A stretch of DNA of 63,947 nt, filler included, from Octopus bimaculoides (GCF_001194135.2; 7 parts of 7 records of this genome joined end to end with filler, not necessarily neighbours in it), one strand, 5' to 3'. Positions 28,537 to 41,090 are shown, counted from the whole stretch's first letter. A program made the numbers and translations. Notes: generated by a model not told the origin, from the sequence alone.

Positions 28537-29491
28537 CTTTTAATTCACAAGTCCCTTCAAAAGGGGGACGCGGTTTCTCGGTATTTCCAGCAGGAAGACG
28601 CAGAGCTGAAAAATCGGAATTCTTGGTGGGTTGGCAAACTAAACCGACCCGACATTTCCCCAGAATTTGGTACATCCCTCCGCACGTTTGGTGCAGACCA
28701 CGAAGGCAGACTACACAACAACCGCAGTCGTCTTTAATCCTCAGCTCGGTCGGGCACTGTAAGTAGGTTCCACCCTCATGGGGGCATCTCGTGGGGTCAC
28801 AAGGGAGACAAGACGTGTCGACAGATGACGGCGACGGCAAGGGAAGTAACACCCAAGGCGCTTGTGACGACGACGAATTGAAAATTGCAAAGTAAGGTCC
28901 AGCCGTTGAGTTTGAGGCGACGTTTGAATCCGTCGAAGTTTCGTAGGTTACGTTTGACAAATCTGTTCGAGATGATATTGCATGAAAAAAGTCATTGGGT
29001 TCGGTTTCAGCGGGAACATGCTTTTTAATGATAGTTTTGCGTTGATACTGGACATAGTTCTGTGGTTGCCTACGTAAATGTCGGCGTCCCATCTCAGTAC
29101 CTCGTCCCTTATTACGCTCCCGCCCGTTGGCTTTGAAATAACTGTCATTTTGTCGCTGTGGCCCCAACCAGCGACGTTCAGTCACATTAACTTGCTCTCG
29201 CAGGTAGACGGAGGGTGCGGTATAGTTGCTCACAGTTGCTTTATCCGGCAGTTTTGCTGCCAAGAAAGTAAGGTTTGAATCCGACCGATTCGCATCGGTT
29301 TCAAAAATGGCGGGCTGCGAGCCGTCAGGTGACGACGGCAGCACCAACAGTCTATTGTCACCGCCGGCCGATGGCGTCGGTGATGTTGTGGCGTTGATAA
29401 GTTCCAACGACATCGTAGGTGAGAACGCGAACATTAGAAGTATGAATGTAGTGTTGATTAGAGTTGAGAAAGACATTCTTTTGCGTGGCAT
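28537..29491 (-). CDS. First coding exon of a secreted/membrane IGFBP N-terminal-domain protein, CRIM1-like
   Basis: Open frame of 318 codons plus 1 nt from ATG at 29491 to the donor AAAAG|GTAAGT (phase 1). Hydrophobic N-terminus (LINTTFILLMFAFSPTMS). 12-Cys domain CLPCDPTRC...CGCCVVC...CGGMYQILGKCRVGLVC...GTC (aa 228-315, nt 28810-28547) with the IGFBP CGCCxxC motif; the CLPCD start and CGGx5GxCxxGLxC pattern resemble CRIM1. The ORF-track tail after K318 is intron read-through. Symbol withheld because single-IB-domain proteins share this domain. Confidence 0.9.
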
Positions 29492-29565
29492 CTTGCTGAG
29501 ATTGGACTTGGTGAGTGGACTTAATAACCATGCTGGCAGAGGCCAGGAAGCAAGACTGGAATCTG

Positions 29566-29597
<32 letters not shown>

Positions 29598-29680
29598 AAT
29601 GAGGTTGAATATATAAGAGTAGAATGAGAGATGGAGGGTAGTGGTGGAGATGCAGGGTGTGAGGAGCGGAGAAGGAAGGA

Positions 29681-29705
29681 GGGAGGTAGGGAGAGGGTAG
29701 GAGGG
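29681..29705 (+). promoter_or_regulatory. G-quadruplex motif upstream of the gene start
   Basis: GGG-AGGTA-GGG-AGA-GGG-TAGGA-GGG, ~190 nt upstream of the ATG on the template strand. Confidence 0.45.
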
Positions 29706-29755
29706 AGTTAAAGAAAAACAACGAAAACATGCCAATGTGTTTGTGTGTTTGTGTG

Positions 29756-29802
<47 letters not shown>

Positions 29803-30175
29803 TAATGAATGAGGATGTCCATATTGGTCCGTTCAGCTATGTAAGTTTAGGCTTGGCCAAGATATCTTTACGACATTGTTAAATACAATATTACATCAAT
29901 ATTTACACCCACATAAATCACATACACACACACACACACACACACTGTATTCATCCGTGATCTTTACAGGTACCAGACACAAAGGTGACTGCCTCCGCTT
30001 TTCCATTGAGCCACCTTCATCACTAAACATCAACCGAGTTCAAATGCCGCCGAAGTCGACTTTGCCTTTTATTCTTTCGGGGTCGATAAATTAAGTACCA
30101 GTTGAGTACTGGGGTCGATGCAATTGACTAGTCCCTTCCCCGTAAATTCCAGGCCTTGTGCCTTTAGTAGAAAGG

Positions 30176-30222
<47 letters not shown>

Positions 30223-30342
30223 CTCTCACTCCCGCTTTCTCGTTCATACACACCTTTATTTGTCTTACCACCCATCATCGCTAACATCATCATCACTATC
30301 ACCATAACGACATTCATTTTCTTCATTCTACCTTGTTTATAT

Positions 30343-30386
<44 letters not shown>

Positions 30387-30597
30387 CTCGCCGCCAGCCA
30401 AACCCCTGCACATTCACCTACCCCTGCATAACTCCCACCCCATATGCCATCTCCAGCATCTTTTATCTTTTACTACTCCTTGTCTTTCCTTCCATCCTAC
30501 ACACGCGCGCGCGCAACCTCACTTCACACACACGTAAACATTCTTATCACACTCACACACTTAACCCTACCCTCACATTATATATACATACACATAC

Positions 30598-30628
<31 letters not shown>

Positions 30629-30638
30629 NNNNNNNNNN

Positions 30639-30673
<35 letters not shown>

Positions 30674-31246
30674 CACACACACACACCTCACACATATATA
30701 ACACATACCTGCGAAAACACATACACCCTTACACACGTCCCCATTCACAGTCCCATGCCTCCACCCCAAGATATATACACCCTACACACAGAAGTTATAC
30801 ACCAACATACCCCCACCCCATGATATACAAACCCTACACACATACACTCAACGTGTTCATACTATTTAAAGTCGGTCCCTTTCCCAACCCCCAAAGTGTT
30901 CCTTCTCTCATCACGTGCCCTCGTTCGTATAAACCCCACCAAACACACCTACCCTGTTCTCACACCACGATTACAGCTACCCCCAAAAAGAACTGCAGGA
31001 AATACCTGTAAAATTTGCCTCGAATAACACGCTACCATTTTAAAAACAGAACTAACGTTAAATAATACAGTCCAAATATCTCTAAAATGATTGGATGGCC
31101 ACGGATGGAAAGTTTGATGATAGGTTTACTGGTTGAAGGATAACCTGGTGCTAAGCAACAATAACACACACACACATACATGTAGACACATACGTGCATG
31201 CAGGCATATACACATAAAGACATACGTACATACATACACACACACA

Positions 31247-31712
31247 TAGGCGTAGGTGTGGTATGTGGGTAAGAAGCTTGTTTCCCAAACATGCGGCCTT
31301 GGGTTCAACCCCATGGCACAGCTTCTGTTATAGCCCCGGGCTGATCAAAATAGATATGGTAGGCAGAAACTGAAAGAAACTCGTGTGTGTGTGTGTGTTT
31401 GTGTGTATGTGTGTGTATGTGCGTGTGTGTGAATGCTCCAGTATGGTCAGAACCTCTAAGCCGAAACACATAGAAGAGTGTATGTATATTTCAGTGTCTG
31501 TGTTGCTTGTCATCCTCACTTCTTGACAACCGATGCTGGTTTGTTTACGTGCACGTAACTTAGCGGTTCGGTAAAGGCCTCCGATAGAATAAGTCTTTAT
31601 TTCTATAAGTCTGGTGACTTATAGAAACAGGTACTAAAATCGATTTGTTCAACTGAACCCTTTAAGGTGGTGCCCCAGCATGGCCGCAGTCTAATGACCG
31701 AAACAGACAAAA
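31247..31712 (+). mobile_element. SINE family C copy (diverged, full length)
   Basis: Head GGCGTAGGTGTGGTATGTGGGTAAG ... GGGTTCAACCCC; tail GCCCCAGCATGGCCGCAGTC. Confidence 0.8.
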
Positions 31713-31713
31713 G

Positions 31714-31751
<38 letters not shown>

Positions 31752-32031
31752 AATACATGCTGGATCTACCTGGGTCAGCTAGCGTCCATCGTCTCGTTGA
31801 AGCCCACGGCTCTGACGGTCAGTTACACACGCACACACGACTCGGAGAAGTGTCCTGGAAAGTCCTCAATTAAGTTGCTCAACACAAAAAAACACGTGCT
31901 TTGGTGAATGAAAACGACGAATGACGGATGGGAGAAGGGCAGAACGAGTCGACAGTACACGTGAGTGCATATATATATATGCATGTGTGTAGAACTGTGT
32001 ATTCGTATGCAGACAATACATTGCACACTCA

Positions 32032-32070
<39 letters not shown>

Positions 32071-32429
32071 NNNNNNNNNNNNNNNNNNNNNNNNNNNNNN
32101 NNNNNNNNNNNNNNNNNNNNNNNNNNNNNNNNNNNNNNNNNNNNNNNNNNNNNNNNNNNNNNNNNNNNNNNNNNNNNNNNNNNNNNNNNNNNNNNNNNNN
32201 NNNNNNNNNNNNNNNNNNNNNNNNNNNNNNNNNNNNNNNNNNNNNNNNNNNNNNNNNNNNNNNNNNNNNNNNNNNNNNNNNNNNNNNNNNNNNNNNNNNN
32301 NNNNNNNNNNNNNNNNNNNNNNNNNNNNNNNNNNNNNNNNNNNNNNNNNNNNNNNNNNNNNNNNNNNNNNNNNNNNNNNNNNNNNNNNGTAAAAGAATAA
32401 GATATATTTTTTTCTGTTATGTTTATATC

Positions 32430-32790
32430 TTTCTTGTATCTTTCACTTGCTTCAATCAGTGGACTGCGGCTATGCTGTAGCACCGCCTTGACGGGTTTAG
32501 TCGAACAAAATGCCGCGGCACTCATGTTTTCTTTTAAAAAGCCAGGTCCTTATTCTGTCTCTTTTTTGCCGAACCGGTAGCTTACGGGGGACGTAAATAA
32601 ACTAACAACGGTTGTGAAGCAGAGATCGGGAAAGCACACACACACACACACACGAGTCGATGGAGCTTCTTTCACTCACAAGGGTTTGGTCGGACCAAGG
32701 CTATAGTAGAAGACATTTTCCTAAGGTACCACGCAGCGGTTTGAACCCTGAACGATGTGGTGGAGAAGCAAACTTTTTACTATACAGCCA
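32430..32790 (-). mobile_element. SINE family C copy
   Basis: Same blocks as 19639-19974; inverted relative to 31247-31712. Confidence 0.8.
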
Positions 32791-33522
32791 CACATCCACC
32801 TAAAAGTTGGAGCGTACAATACAATTATACAACCACTGCTCCCAACGGAATTCGAACTCATGACTACTGGTTTACGAGACCTGTGCCCACCCCCGTCTCT
32901 CTCTCACAATGTTCCGGCCTTACACAGCAGATCTCTTTAAAGTTATACATATATATGTACACATATTTGGCCGAAAGTACGTTTTCTTGCTTTTCCTCTA
33001 GCAGATCACAGCACACCATCTGTTCAAACCCATACAGCGAGCACCTGATTATATTTTGGGGTAGATCCTCCCCTCATTTTACTAGCTCAACCACCCATTG
33101 ATGGATAGCTCTCATCACGAAAGGTCTTTAAAAACAACTTGTCAACAATACAAACAGTTGTACTCCGCTTATGGCCACACTTGCAGAGTGACTCATTCAA
33201 AGCAATTCCGTTCGTAACTCCGTTTATAGTCACATTTTTCACAAATGATTTATACACACATAACACCCACCAATATCAACACGTGTTTTCAGAAGTTATA
33301 TTTATGCACGCATCACGTCAATCAAGCTATATACCAACACATGTATTTATACATCAAATATATAATATATTTTATCCATCAATGCAACTGTCTACACACA
33401 CACAAACACCCACACACATCCATGCGCACACATTGTTTTTATGTCGAATTACATAGAAAACGATTTAACGGTAAAGCGAAAGGATTACTCAATGCATTTT
33501 GATAGCGTACACGTTTAGGCAG

Positions 33523-33978
33523 ACCTACACAAGTGTGCCCCACTCCTACTTTCTTCTTATCTTTCATAAAAGTGGGTAGTTTTTGATGAAATTTTCTACA
33601 GATACCTTTTCAGTGTGTAAGATTACGAATATACCGGAATTTAATATGGAGAAAAAGAAAAAAAACAACACAGAAAACAAAGACACGGTCTCGCACACAT
33701 ACAAAGTGACAGATATCACATGCTATGATATATAATCTTTTCACTCTGAAAAGTATTTGTCGAAAATTTCATTAAAAAACAACAACCCATTTTTATGAAA
33801 GTTATCAGGAAACAATTCCGACTCGTGTGAATTTTCCGAAACCTTCTCGCAAATTACGATACAATCGGAATCGTTTCTAACTGAAGTGTATTTGTAGAAA
33901 ATTCCATTAAAAAAATATCCATTTTTCTGAAAGTTGTGAGGAAACAAAGGTGGCGGGGGGGGGCACACTTGTGTAGGT
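33523..33978. mobile_element. MITE with perfect 18-bp TIRs and ~70-bp subterminal repeats
   Basis: ACCTACACAAGTGTGCCC (33523-33540) pairs with GGGCACACTTGTGTAGGT (33961-33978). An internal unit occurs once inverted on the left and twice on the right (~33745-33815, ~33885-33950). Confidence 0.75.
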
Positions 33979-35248
33979 ATAACCATATTTATACTTTTAT
34001 AAGAATAGCAGTAACGGGACTTCGAAGTTTTCGGCCCTTTAGTCTTCGTTGCCGAAAACTTCGAAGTCACTGTCGGTCCACATCGTGTAAAAGTATTATA
34101 TGTGTGTGTGCGCACGCACATACATATATATATACACATACATATATACACACATAATCAGACGAATTGTATGTTACCAACAAAGGCGTAATTATATACA
34201 CAAATATAACATTCATTGTCAATCACATTCTTTCGCGCGCGCACACACACACACAGAGGAAACAGACACACACACAGACGAAACAGGCACACACACACAT
34301 GTGTGTGTGTATTTAACTACAGTCAGTGCATGTATGTTAAATACAGGTATTCACAAAAATATACACAAGAGTAAATACACACAATTAAACATATACATAG
34401 AATCAAGATGCGAGTTAACGAAGAACCATCCGGAGTTGCTCGATCTGCAAGAAATAGCAGTCAAATCCCCTCCACAAATTACACCTTATCTTAAAAATAA
34501 AACAAGAAAAACATGCAGTTCTAGATAAGCAATGCCCAAGAAAAGGTCGTGATGGTCACGGTTAGAGAGCGTTTACTCATAGGTCAACTCAGTGCTGACC
34601 TGAGGCTAAAATAAATTACACATGCACGCACATGCACATTTTGTTAAAACCACGCAGTAGAGTAACACACACACACACACACAAAACATCTCTGGCAATG
34701 ACAATTCAGCAAAAACTTTCGATCCCAGTTCGTAAGGTTGGTTAAAACATGAACGTCACAACATCACATAGGAATTTCATAAACACCATCCTCTCTCGGC
34801 TTCATTCTTACCCACCTATCATACGATTTTTAGAACATTATAACTTAAACACACACACACAGCGTAATAAAATAACTTTACAAAAAGACCAGAACGGACG
34901 GAGACACAAACACATACACAAACACACAAAAACACATACATATATATGCACCCACGCAGATTAAGGTAAACAAATACACACAGACATACACTCGCTCATT
35001 GTAATCAAAATGATAATTGAATTGTATAAACAAGACGAGAAAAAGTATATATATAGCTCTAACGTGCGCACGGCTCTCAATGAATGTGTATGCATTTTTG
35101 TGTATGTGTGTATATATATATATATTACTGTGGCAGGTAAAGCGGACACATACGTGAGTCAGTTATCTACACAGCTTTAAAGGTAAAGGCTAACTTTTAT
35201 ACATACAATTTATGCAGTCATACACATAAAACTATGTGTATGATACAT

Positions 35249-35298
<50 letters not shown>

Positions 35299-35414
35299 GT
35301 ATATGTGTGTGTATATATATGTACGTGTGTGTATATGCGTATGTATATATGTATCTGTATGCATATAATGTTTTGTCTTCTTTCGCCGTCTTTCTGTGAA
35401 AGTTTTTACTCTTT

Positions 35415-35508
<94 letters not shown>

Positions 35509-36458
35509 GCACATACACACACGTGTGACACAAAGATTAACTAAATTAATTTCTAAATACATGCACACACACTACAAACAACTAGAAGGCACTGTGGTCC
35601 CAGATTTGTAATAAGACGGGATGGTCAAAGCTGGAATACCTCTGATCATAGGTGTGTCCGCGCGATCAATATGACGATAGTCTCGATGTTAAAACAACTC
35701 CACAAAGTTAATTCAAAATATACACCTCAGGATCTGTTAAACTCCCAAGTATAATGTATATATATTTGCATGCGATATCTATATATATATATAGGATAGA
35801 GAGTGTATGTGTGTGTGTGTGTGTGTGTGTCGGCTGACGTGCATGTGTGTGTATATGTATGTGTATAGTGGTTAGATTATAATCCGAAGTGACCAACCTG
35901 TCATCGTTTACAGCCAAACTTTCGGCCACACACACATGTGGCTTCGTCTGTCTTTTTCATGGCATAACTGAACAAACGATTCTCTTTTTTCCCTCCACCT
36001 CCCTCTTACTCAACTTACTCATACCACGACCACCACACCCTCTGCCTCTTTTTACTCTTTCTATTTACATCAACTCCTACTTTTTCTACTCTTTTTATAC
36101 TCCTACTCTCTTATCTCTGTTACACTCTATAGCTTCACGTTTTCTTCCCTGAATCTACTCTTACCACTACCACCGATCGCGCTCTGCCTTGCCTTTATAA
36201 CATTCTCCACTCTTTCTCTCTTTTTTCTTTCTATCATTTAAACCCGCCTTCAGGGATCTTACACCATAACACACGCACACACCCCCTCTCTCTCTCTCCC
36301 TCTCCCTCTCCCCCCTCTTCTCTCTCTCCTCTTCTCTCTCTCCTCTTCTCTCTCTCCTCTTCCCTCTTTCCTTCCTCTCTCCCGCACACACAAACGCATG
36401 CAATTCTTTTTCTCTTTTTTAACTCCGAATTCATTGATCTTATATATACACTTGTAAT

Positions 36459-36491
<33 letters not shown>

Positions 36492-36558
36492 NNNNNNNNN
36501 NNNNNNNNNNNNNNNNNNNNNNNNNNNNNNNNNNNNNNNNNNNNNNNNNCACACACAG

Positions 36559-36590
<32 letters not shown>

Positions 36591-36794
36591 GCACACACAC
36601 ACACGGATTAGCTGAATATCGTTATTACAGCACAAAATGACTAGTCAAGTTGTGCGTTCGAATCCCGCTAAGCAAATTTTCCCTTTTATTTCCAGGGCGC
36701 GATAAAATATAGTACCAAGTCAAAAACTAGAGCCGATGTGTGTGTGTGTGTGTGTGAGCACGTCCGTGTGAATACGTATGTATATAAATATATA

Positions 36795-37157
36795 TTCTTT
36801 AACTTCTTTCAGTCATTTGACTGGGGCCATGCTGGAGCACCGCGTTTAGTCGAAGAAATCGACTCCAGGACTTATTCTTTCGGTTTCTTCTTGCCGAACC
36901 GCTAAGTTACGGGGACGTGACTACGCCAACATCGGTTGTCAAGCGATGGTGGGGGGACAAATATAGACACACAAACATATACATATATATACATATATAC
37001 GACGGGCTTCTTTCAGTTTCCGTCAACGAAATCCACTCACAAGGCTTTGGTCGGCCCGAGGCTATAGAAGGAGACACTTGCCCAAGGTGTCATGCAGTGG
37101 GACTAAACCCAGAACCGTGCGGTTGCGAAGTAAGATTCTTACCACACAGCCACGCCT
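36795..37157 (-). mobile_element. SINE family C copy (full length)
   Basis: Same blocks as 19639-19974 plus the tRNA-like head (plus strand TTCTTACCACACAGCCACGCCT). Confidence 0.9.
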
Positions 37158-37798
37158 GTGTCTATGAATACATACATACATACATACGTACATACATACA
37201 TGGTGGTTGTCTACTCCTTACACAGAGTTTGATCACCTCCTGCACCTACACCTCAACCCGTTCATGGCGTCTGATGTGGCTTTTTAAACCAGACAATGTT
37301 TTGAAAAAACACCCACATAGATTGCACCTCTAATTTGAACTACCAATACCTGCATACATACATGCATACATAAATACACACACATATATATATATATNNN
37401 NNNNNNNNNNNNNNNNNNNNNNNNNNNNNNNNNNNNNNNNNNNNNNNNNNNNNNNNNNNNNNNNNNNNNNNNNNNNNNNNNNNNNNNNNNNNNNNNNNNN
37501 NNNNNNNNNNNNNNNNNNNNNNNNNNNNNNNNNNNNNNNNNNNNNNNNNNNNNNNNNNNNNNNNNNNNNNNNNNNNNNNNNNNNNNNNNNNNNNNNNNNN
37601 NNNNNNNNNNNNNNNNNNNNNNNNNNNNNNNNNNNNNNNNNNNNNNNNNNNNNNNNNNNNNNNNNNNNNNNNNNNNNNNNNNNNNNNNNNNNNNNNNNNN
37701 NNNNNNNNNNNNNNNNNNNNNNNNNNNNNNNNNNNNNNNNNNNNNNNNNNNNNNNNNNNNNNNNNNNNNNNNNNNNNNNNNNNNNNNNNNNNNNNNNN

Positions 37799-37850
<52 letters not shown>

Positions 37851-38704
37851 TGATGCTTTTATATATTATACTTAAACAAGAATAGCGGCTTACTAGCTTT
37901 CGTTGAGCAGTCTGACGACGACTTCGAAGTCACAGTCACCCCACCACCCTCTTGTAAAAGTATGATAAATATATGCTCTACAATATGGTATTGAGTAATT
38001 CTTCACTTCAATATAAAATTGTTTATATTAAAACTCGACCTTAAAACATTTTTACATACGTATGTATGTATGTATGTATGTATGTATGGATGGATGGATG
38101 AATGGATGGATGGATGTGTATATGCATGTATATATGTATATGTATGCATGTATAAATATATACATATTATATATAGATACACACATATATGTGTATATAT
38201 ATAATTATACCATATGATACACTCACACACACGCATATATACATGCATACATACATACATATATATATGAAAATGCGTGCGCCGTTTTTTTCACAGAAGA
38301 AAAAGTACTCAATCCATCATGTAGAGTATAGTTATTGTGCGCACCCTGTACCCCCGCTGTTGTTGTGTATGTGTGTGCGCGCACGAAAATTTTTCAGCCC
38401 TTGACCCATTTCTGTAAATTTTTGCCGATTAAAAAAAAAAAATGTACATACGCACACAAACACACACACACGCTCACATACATGCATATGCATACAAACA
38501 TACATACACATACGATTAGACAAACACCCATACACACATAATATGCATACGTACATATATATACACCGTTCACTTACACACGCACACATATAAACGCACA
38601 CGCACACACACACACACACACCGACAGACATTATTTGATTCTGTGGTGAGTACTAAATTTGAAAGTGCCGCACTTTTAAATAAAATTCAGTGTGTATTTA
38701 TGTG

Positions 38705-38830
38705 TGACCAAGTGATCAGGGAAGTTGGCCTCGCGTTTGTACGGTCTTAGGTTCGATTCCTCGAGCGGATGGCGCGCTGCGACCGTGTATAAACCATTTC
38801 ATTTCACCCTGCTCAACCGTAATGAGAACA
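38705..38830 (+). mobile_element. Old tRNA-derived SINE head
   Basis: Degenerate A box TGACCAAGTGATCAG and B box GGTTCGATTCC; no tRNA cloverleaf. Confidence 0.55.
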
Positions 38831-38980
38831 GGACTCATACCGTGGTAACGTATCGCGGATAATCCCCCACGATACGAATGGGATGGGCCAAAGGTGTGAT
38901 GGACAATGGCTATTTGCGACCGTTTCGTTGGTGTCTGAAACATTTAGTGAAAGCATAGGACATGCAACCAAGTCATTCCC

Positions 38981-39052
<72 letters not shown>

Positions 39053-39571
39053 CTCACCCAGACATCTACACATTTCCTTCCCATTGTTTTCATTGTACTC
39101 TCTCTCTCTTTGTTTCTATATTTCTCTCTGTCTGTGTGTCACTCTCTTTTGTCTTCTTATTTCAGAAATTGCTGTTTCACTGGAGTATGCAGGACATATT
39201 GTGTGCGTGCGTGTGTGTTTATAAATATAGTGACACACATATAGACACACAGCACAGATATGTATATCATGTATTAAATGCGTATTAAAATAATTCTATG
39301 TCGTAATATACAGCTGGAGACACACACACATAAGTATGTATATATGCATGCATGTATGTACTTATGTATGCATATTATATACATACAGATAATGATTCTA
39401 GGAAAAGCAAAATTATAAATGTATGTGTGTGTGTGTGTGTGTATTTAGATATATATACGTTATGAATGTGTGTTGCAAGAATCCTAATGTGAAGTCGTGT
39501 GTCGAAACAGATATTATTATATTTCGGGACGGTCATTTTTTTTTTTTTTTGCCAAGTAAACACATGCACTG

Positions 39572-39795
39572 TATATTCGTTCTTCACTCATTTATTATTG
39601 ATCTTATTTTATCTCATGTCCATTGTCTGGAAATCTTTCGTCACACACCTGTGACGTTTTCAGTGACTCTTCCATCCACGTGCGTGTATCCCCCTGTTCT
39701 GTTTAGTCAGTTCTCTGAATGTGACGAGAGATTTCCAGACAATGGACATAAGATGAAACAAGAACAATAATAAAAATGAGTGGAGAACTAATATA
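39572..39795. mobile_element. Fold-back MITE, ~70-bp arms
   Basis: 39579-39645 is the reverse complement of 39720-39788 (core TGTCCATTGTCTGGAAATCT(T/C)TCGTCACA, 28/29 match); 74-nt spacer; TATATT/AATATA ends. Confidence 0.8.
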
Positions 39796-39844
39796 TAGAG
39801 CTTATGTTTATTTGGCAAGGAAAAACATAACCATCCTGAACTCT

Positions 39845-39885
<41 letters not shown>

Positions 39886-40258
39886 ACAGAGATGACCACT
39901 AAGTGAACATCCATTATGCTAGAGGTAGACCCCATATGGTCTGGCCACTGGTTTTAAATTGATATTAAATTAATATTCAATTTTTCACCCTTATTATTTA
40001 AATATATATATATATATATATATATATTATTTATATTATTATATATATATATACACATATATACATGCATATATATATATTATTTATATTATTATATATA
40101 TATATATACACATATGTACATGCATATATATATATATAATTATATATATATAATTAATAAAAAAAAAAACGGAGAAAAAACACAAGAAAGAAATCAACAA
40201 TGCGAGGACGTGGTACATGCAAAGTATTAATAAGACGCTCAAGGAAGGAAAGAAATGA

Positions 40259-40295
40259 TGTTTTACGTTTCGAGCAAAGCTCTTCTTCAGAAACA
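40259..40295 (-). ncRNA. Minimal type-I hammerhead ribozyme motif
   Basis: UGUUU CUGAAGA A GAGC-UUU-GCUC GAA ACGU A AAACA. Intact core, perfect 5-bp stem I, 4-bp stem II, palindromic ACGU stem III. Predicted cut GUA between 40264 and 40263. Confidence 0.85.
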
Positions 40296-40359
40296 GGAGA
40301 CAGAAGAAATAAATATATTTATGATTACTTTTCCTAGAACCATTTTATGAATACTTTAT

Positions 40360-40585
40360 CTCATTCATTCGATTCTCATTGTGCCTCGTTGCACTTGTGG
40401 CGACAGCAAGATCCTTCAACCTTCTTACACTGAAAGCGTCCTTGACTGCTTGTTCCATTGTTAACCCTCTGCTTTAAGATCTTTTGTTATTATTCTCCGC
40501 CACATCTCCTTTGGTCGACTGCGTCTTCTTTTACCTTGTGGAACCCATTGCAAAGCGATCCTGACAATTGAGTTCGGTTTATAAC
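40360..40585 (-). mobile_element. RTE LINE 3' end
   Basis: KPNSIVRIALQWVPQGKRRRSRPKEMWRR matches the RTE terminal W.P.GKR.RGRP..TW motif. Confidence 0.8.
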
Positions 40586-40675
40586 GATATCTTAATACGA
40601 ACCAGAGACGTACATATATACATATGCATGTATAAATATACGCACATATGTATATATATATATACTTATGCATAC

Positions 40676-41090
40676 CAGGGGCGTGCCGCCTCGGTAGGCA
40701 AGGTGGGCACTGCCTACCTTGAATAAAGTAGATCGATAGTAACATTTTTCTTTTATGGCAAAATATGCGCCTAATTCAATAAAACTATGAAGGTTATTCT
40801 GATTATTATGCACAAAATGGAGAATATTTTATTTTATTTTTTGTTTGTAGATTAGGTAGGCATAAATCGCCCCTGCTTTTCAATCTCAGCATTTAAGCGA
40901 CCCATAGTACTTCTGTAGTACACGTGCTGCGTCCACTCCTACAACACCGTTTTCTTTACGCGCTATAAAGGCAGAAGTAAATCTGCCTTCAACTCAGTCA
41001 CGCGCCTCTATTTCGCTTATTTTTTGTGTGCTTTACTATATAAAGGGTGCCAACTGCCTACCCTGGGTAGTTACTGACGGCACGTGCCTG
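40676..41090. mobile_element. Possible non-autonomous DNA transposon
   Basis: Imperfect inverted ends CAGG..GTGCCG / CGGCAC..CCTG with repeated GGTAGGCA/TGCCTACC motifs; no clear target-site duplication. Confidence 0.4.

Noticed and set aside
29226-29627. 133-aa plus-strand ORF over exon 1
   Set aside because: Antisense shadow of a GC-balanced coding exon running into (GA)n; no domain.
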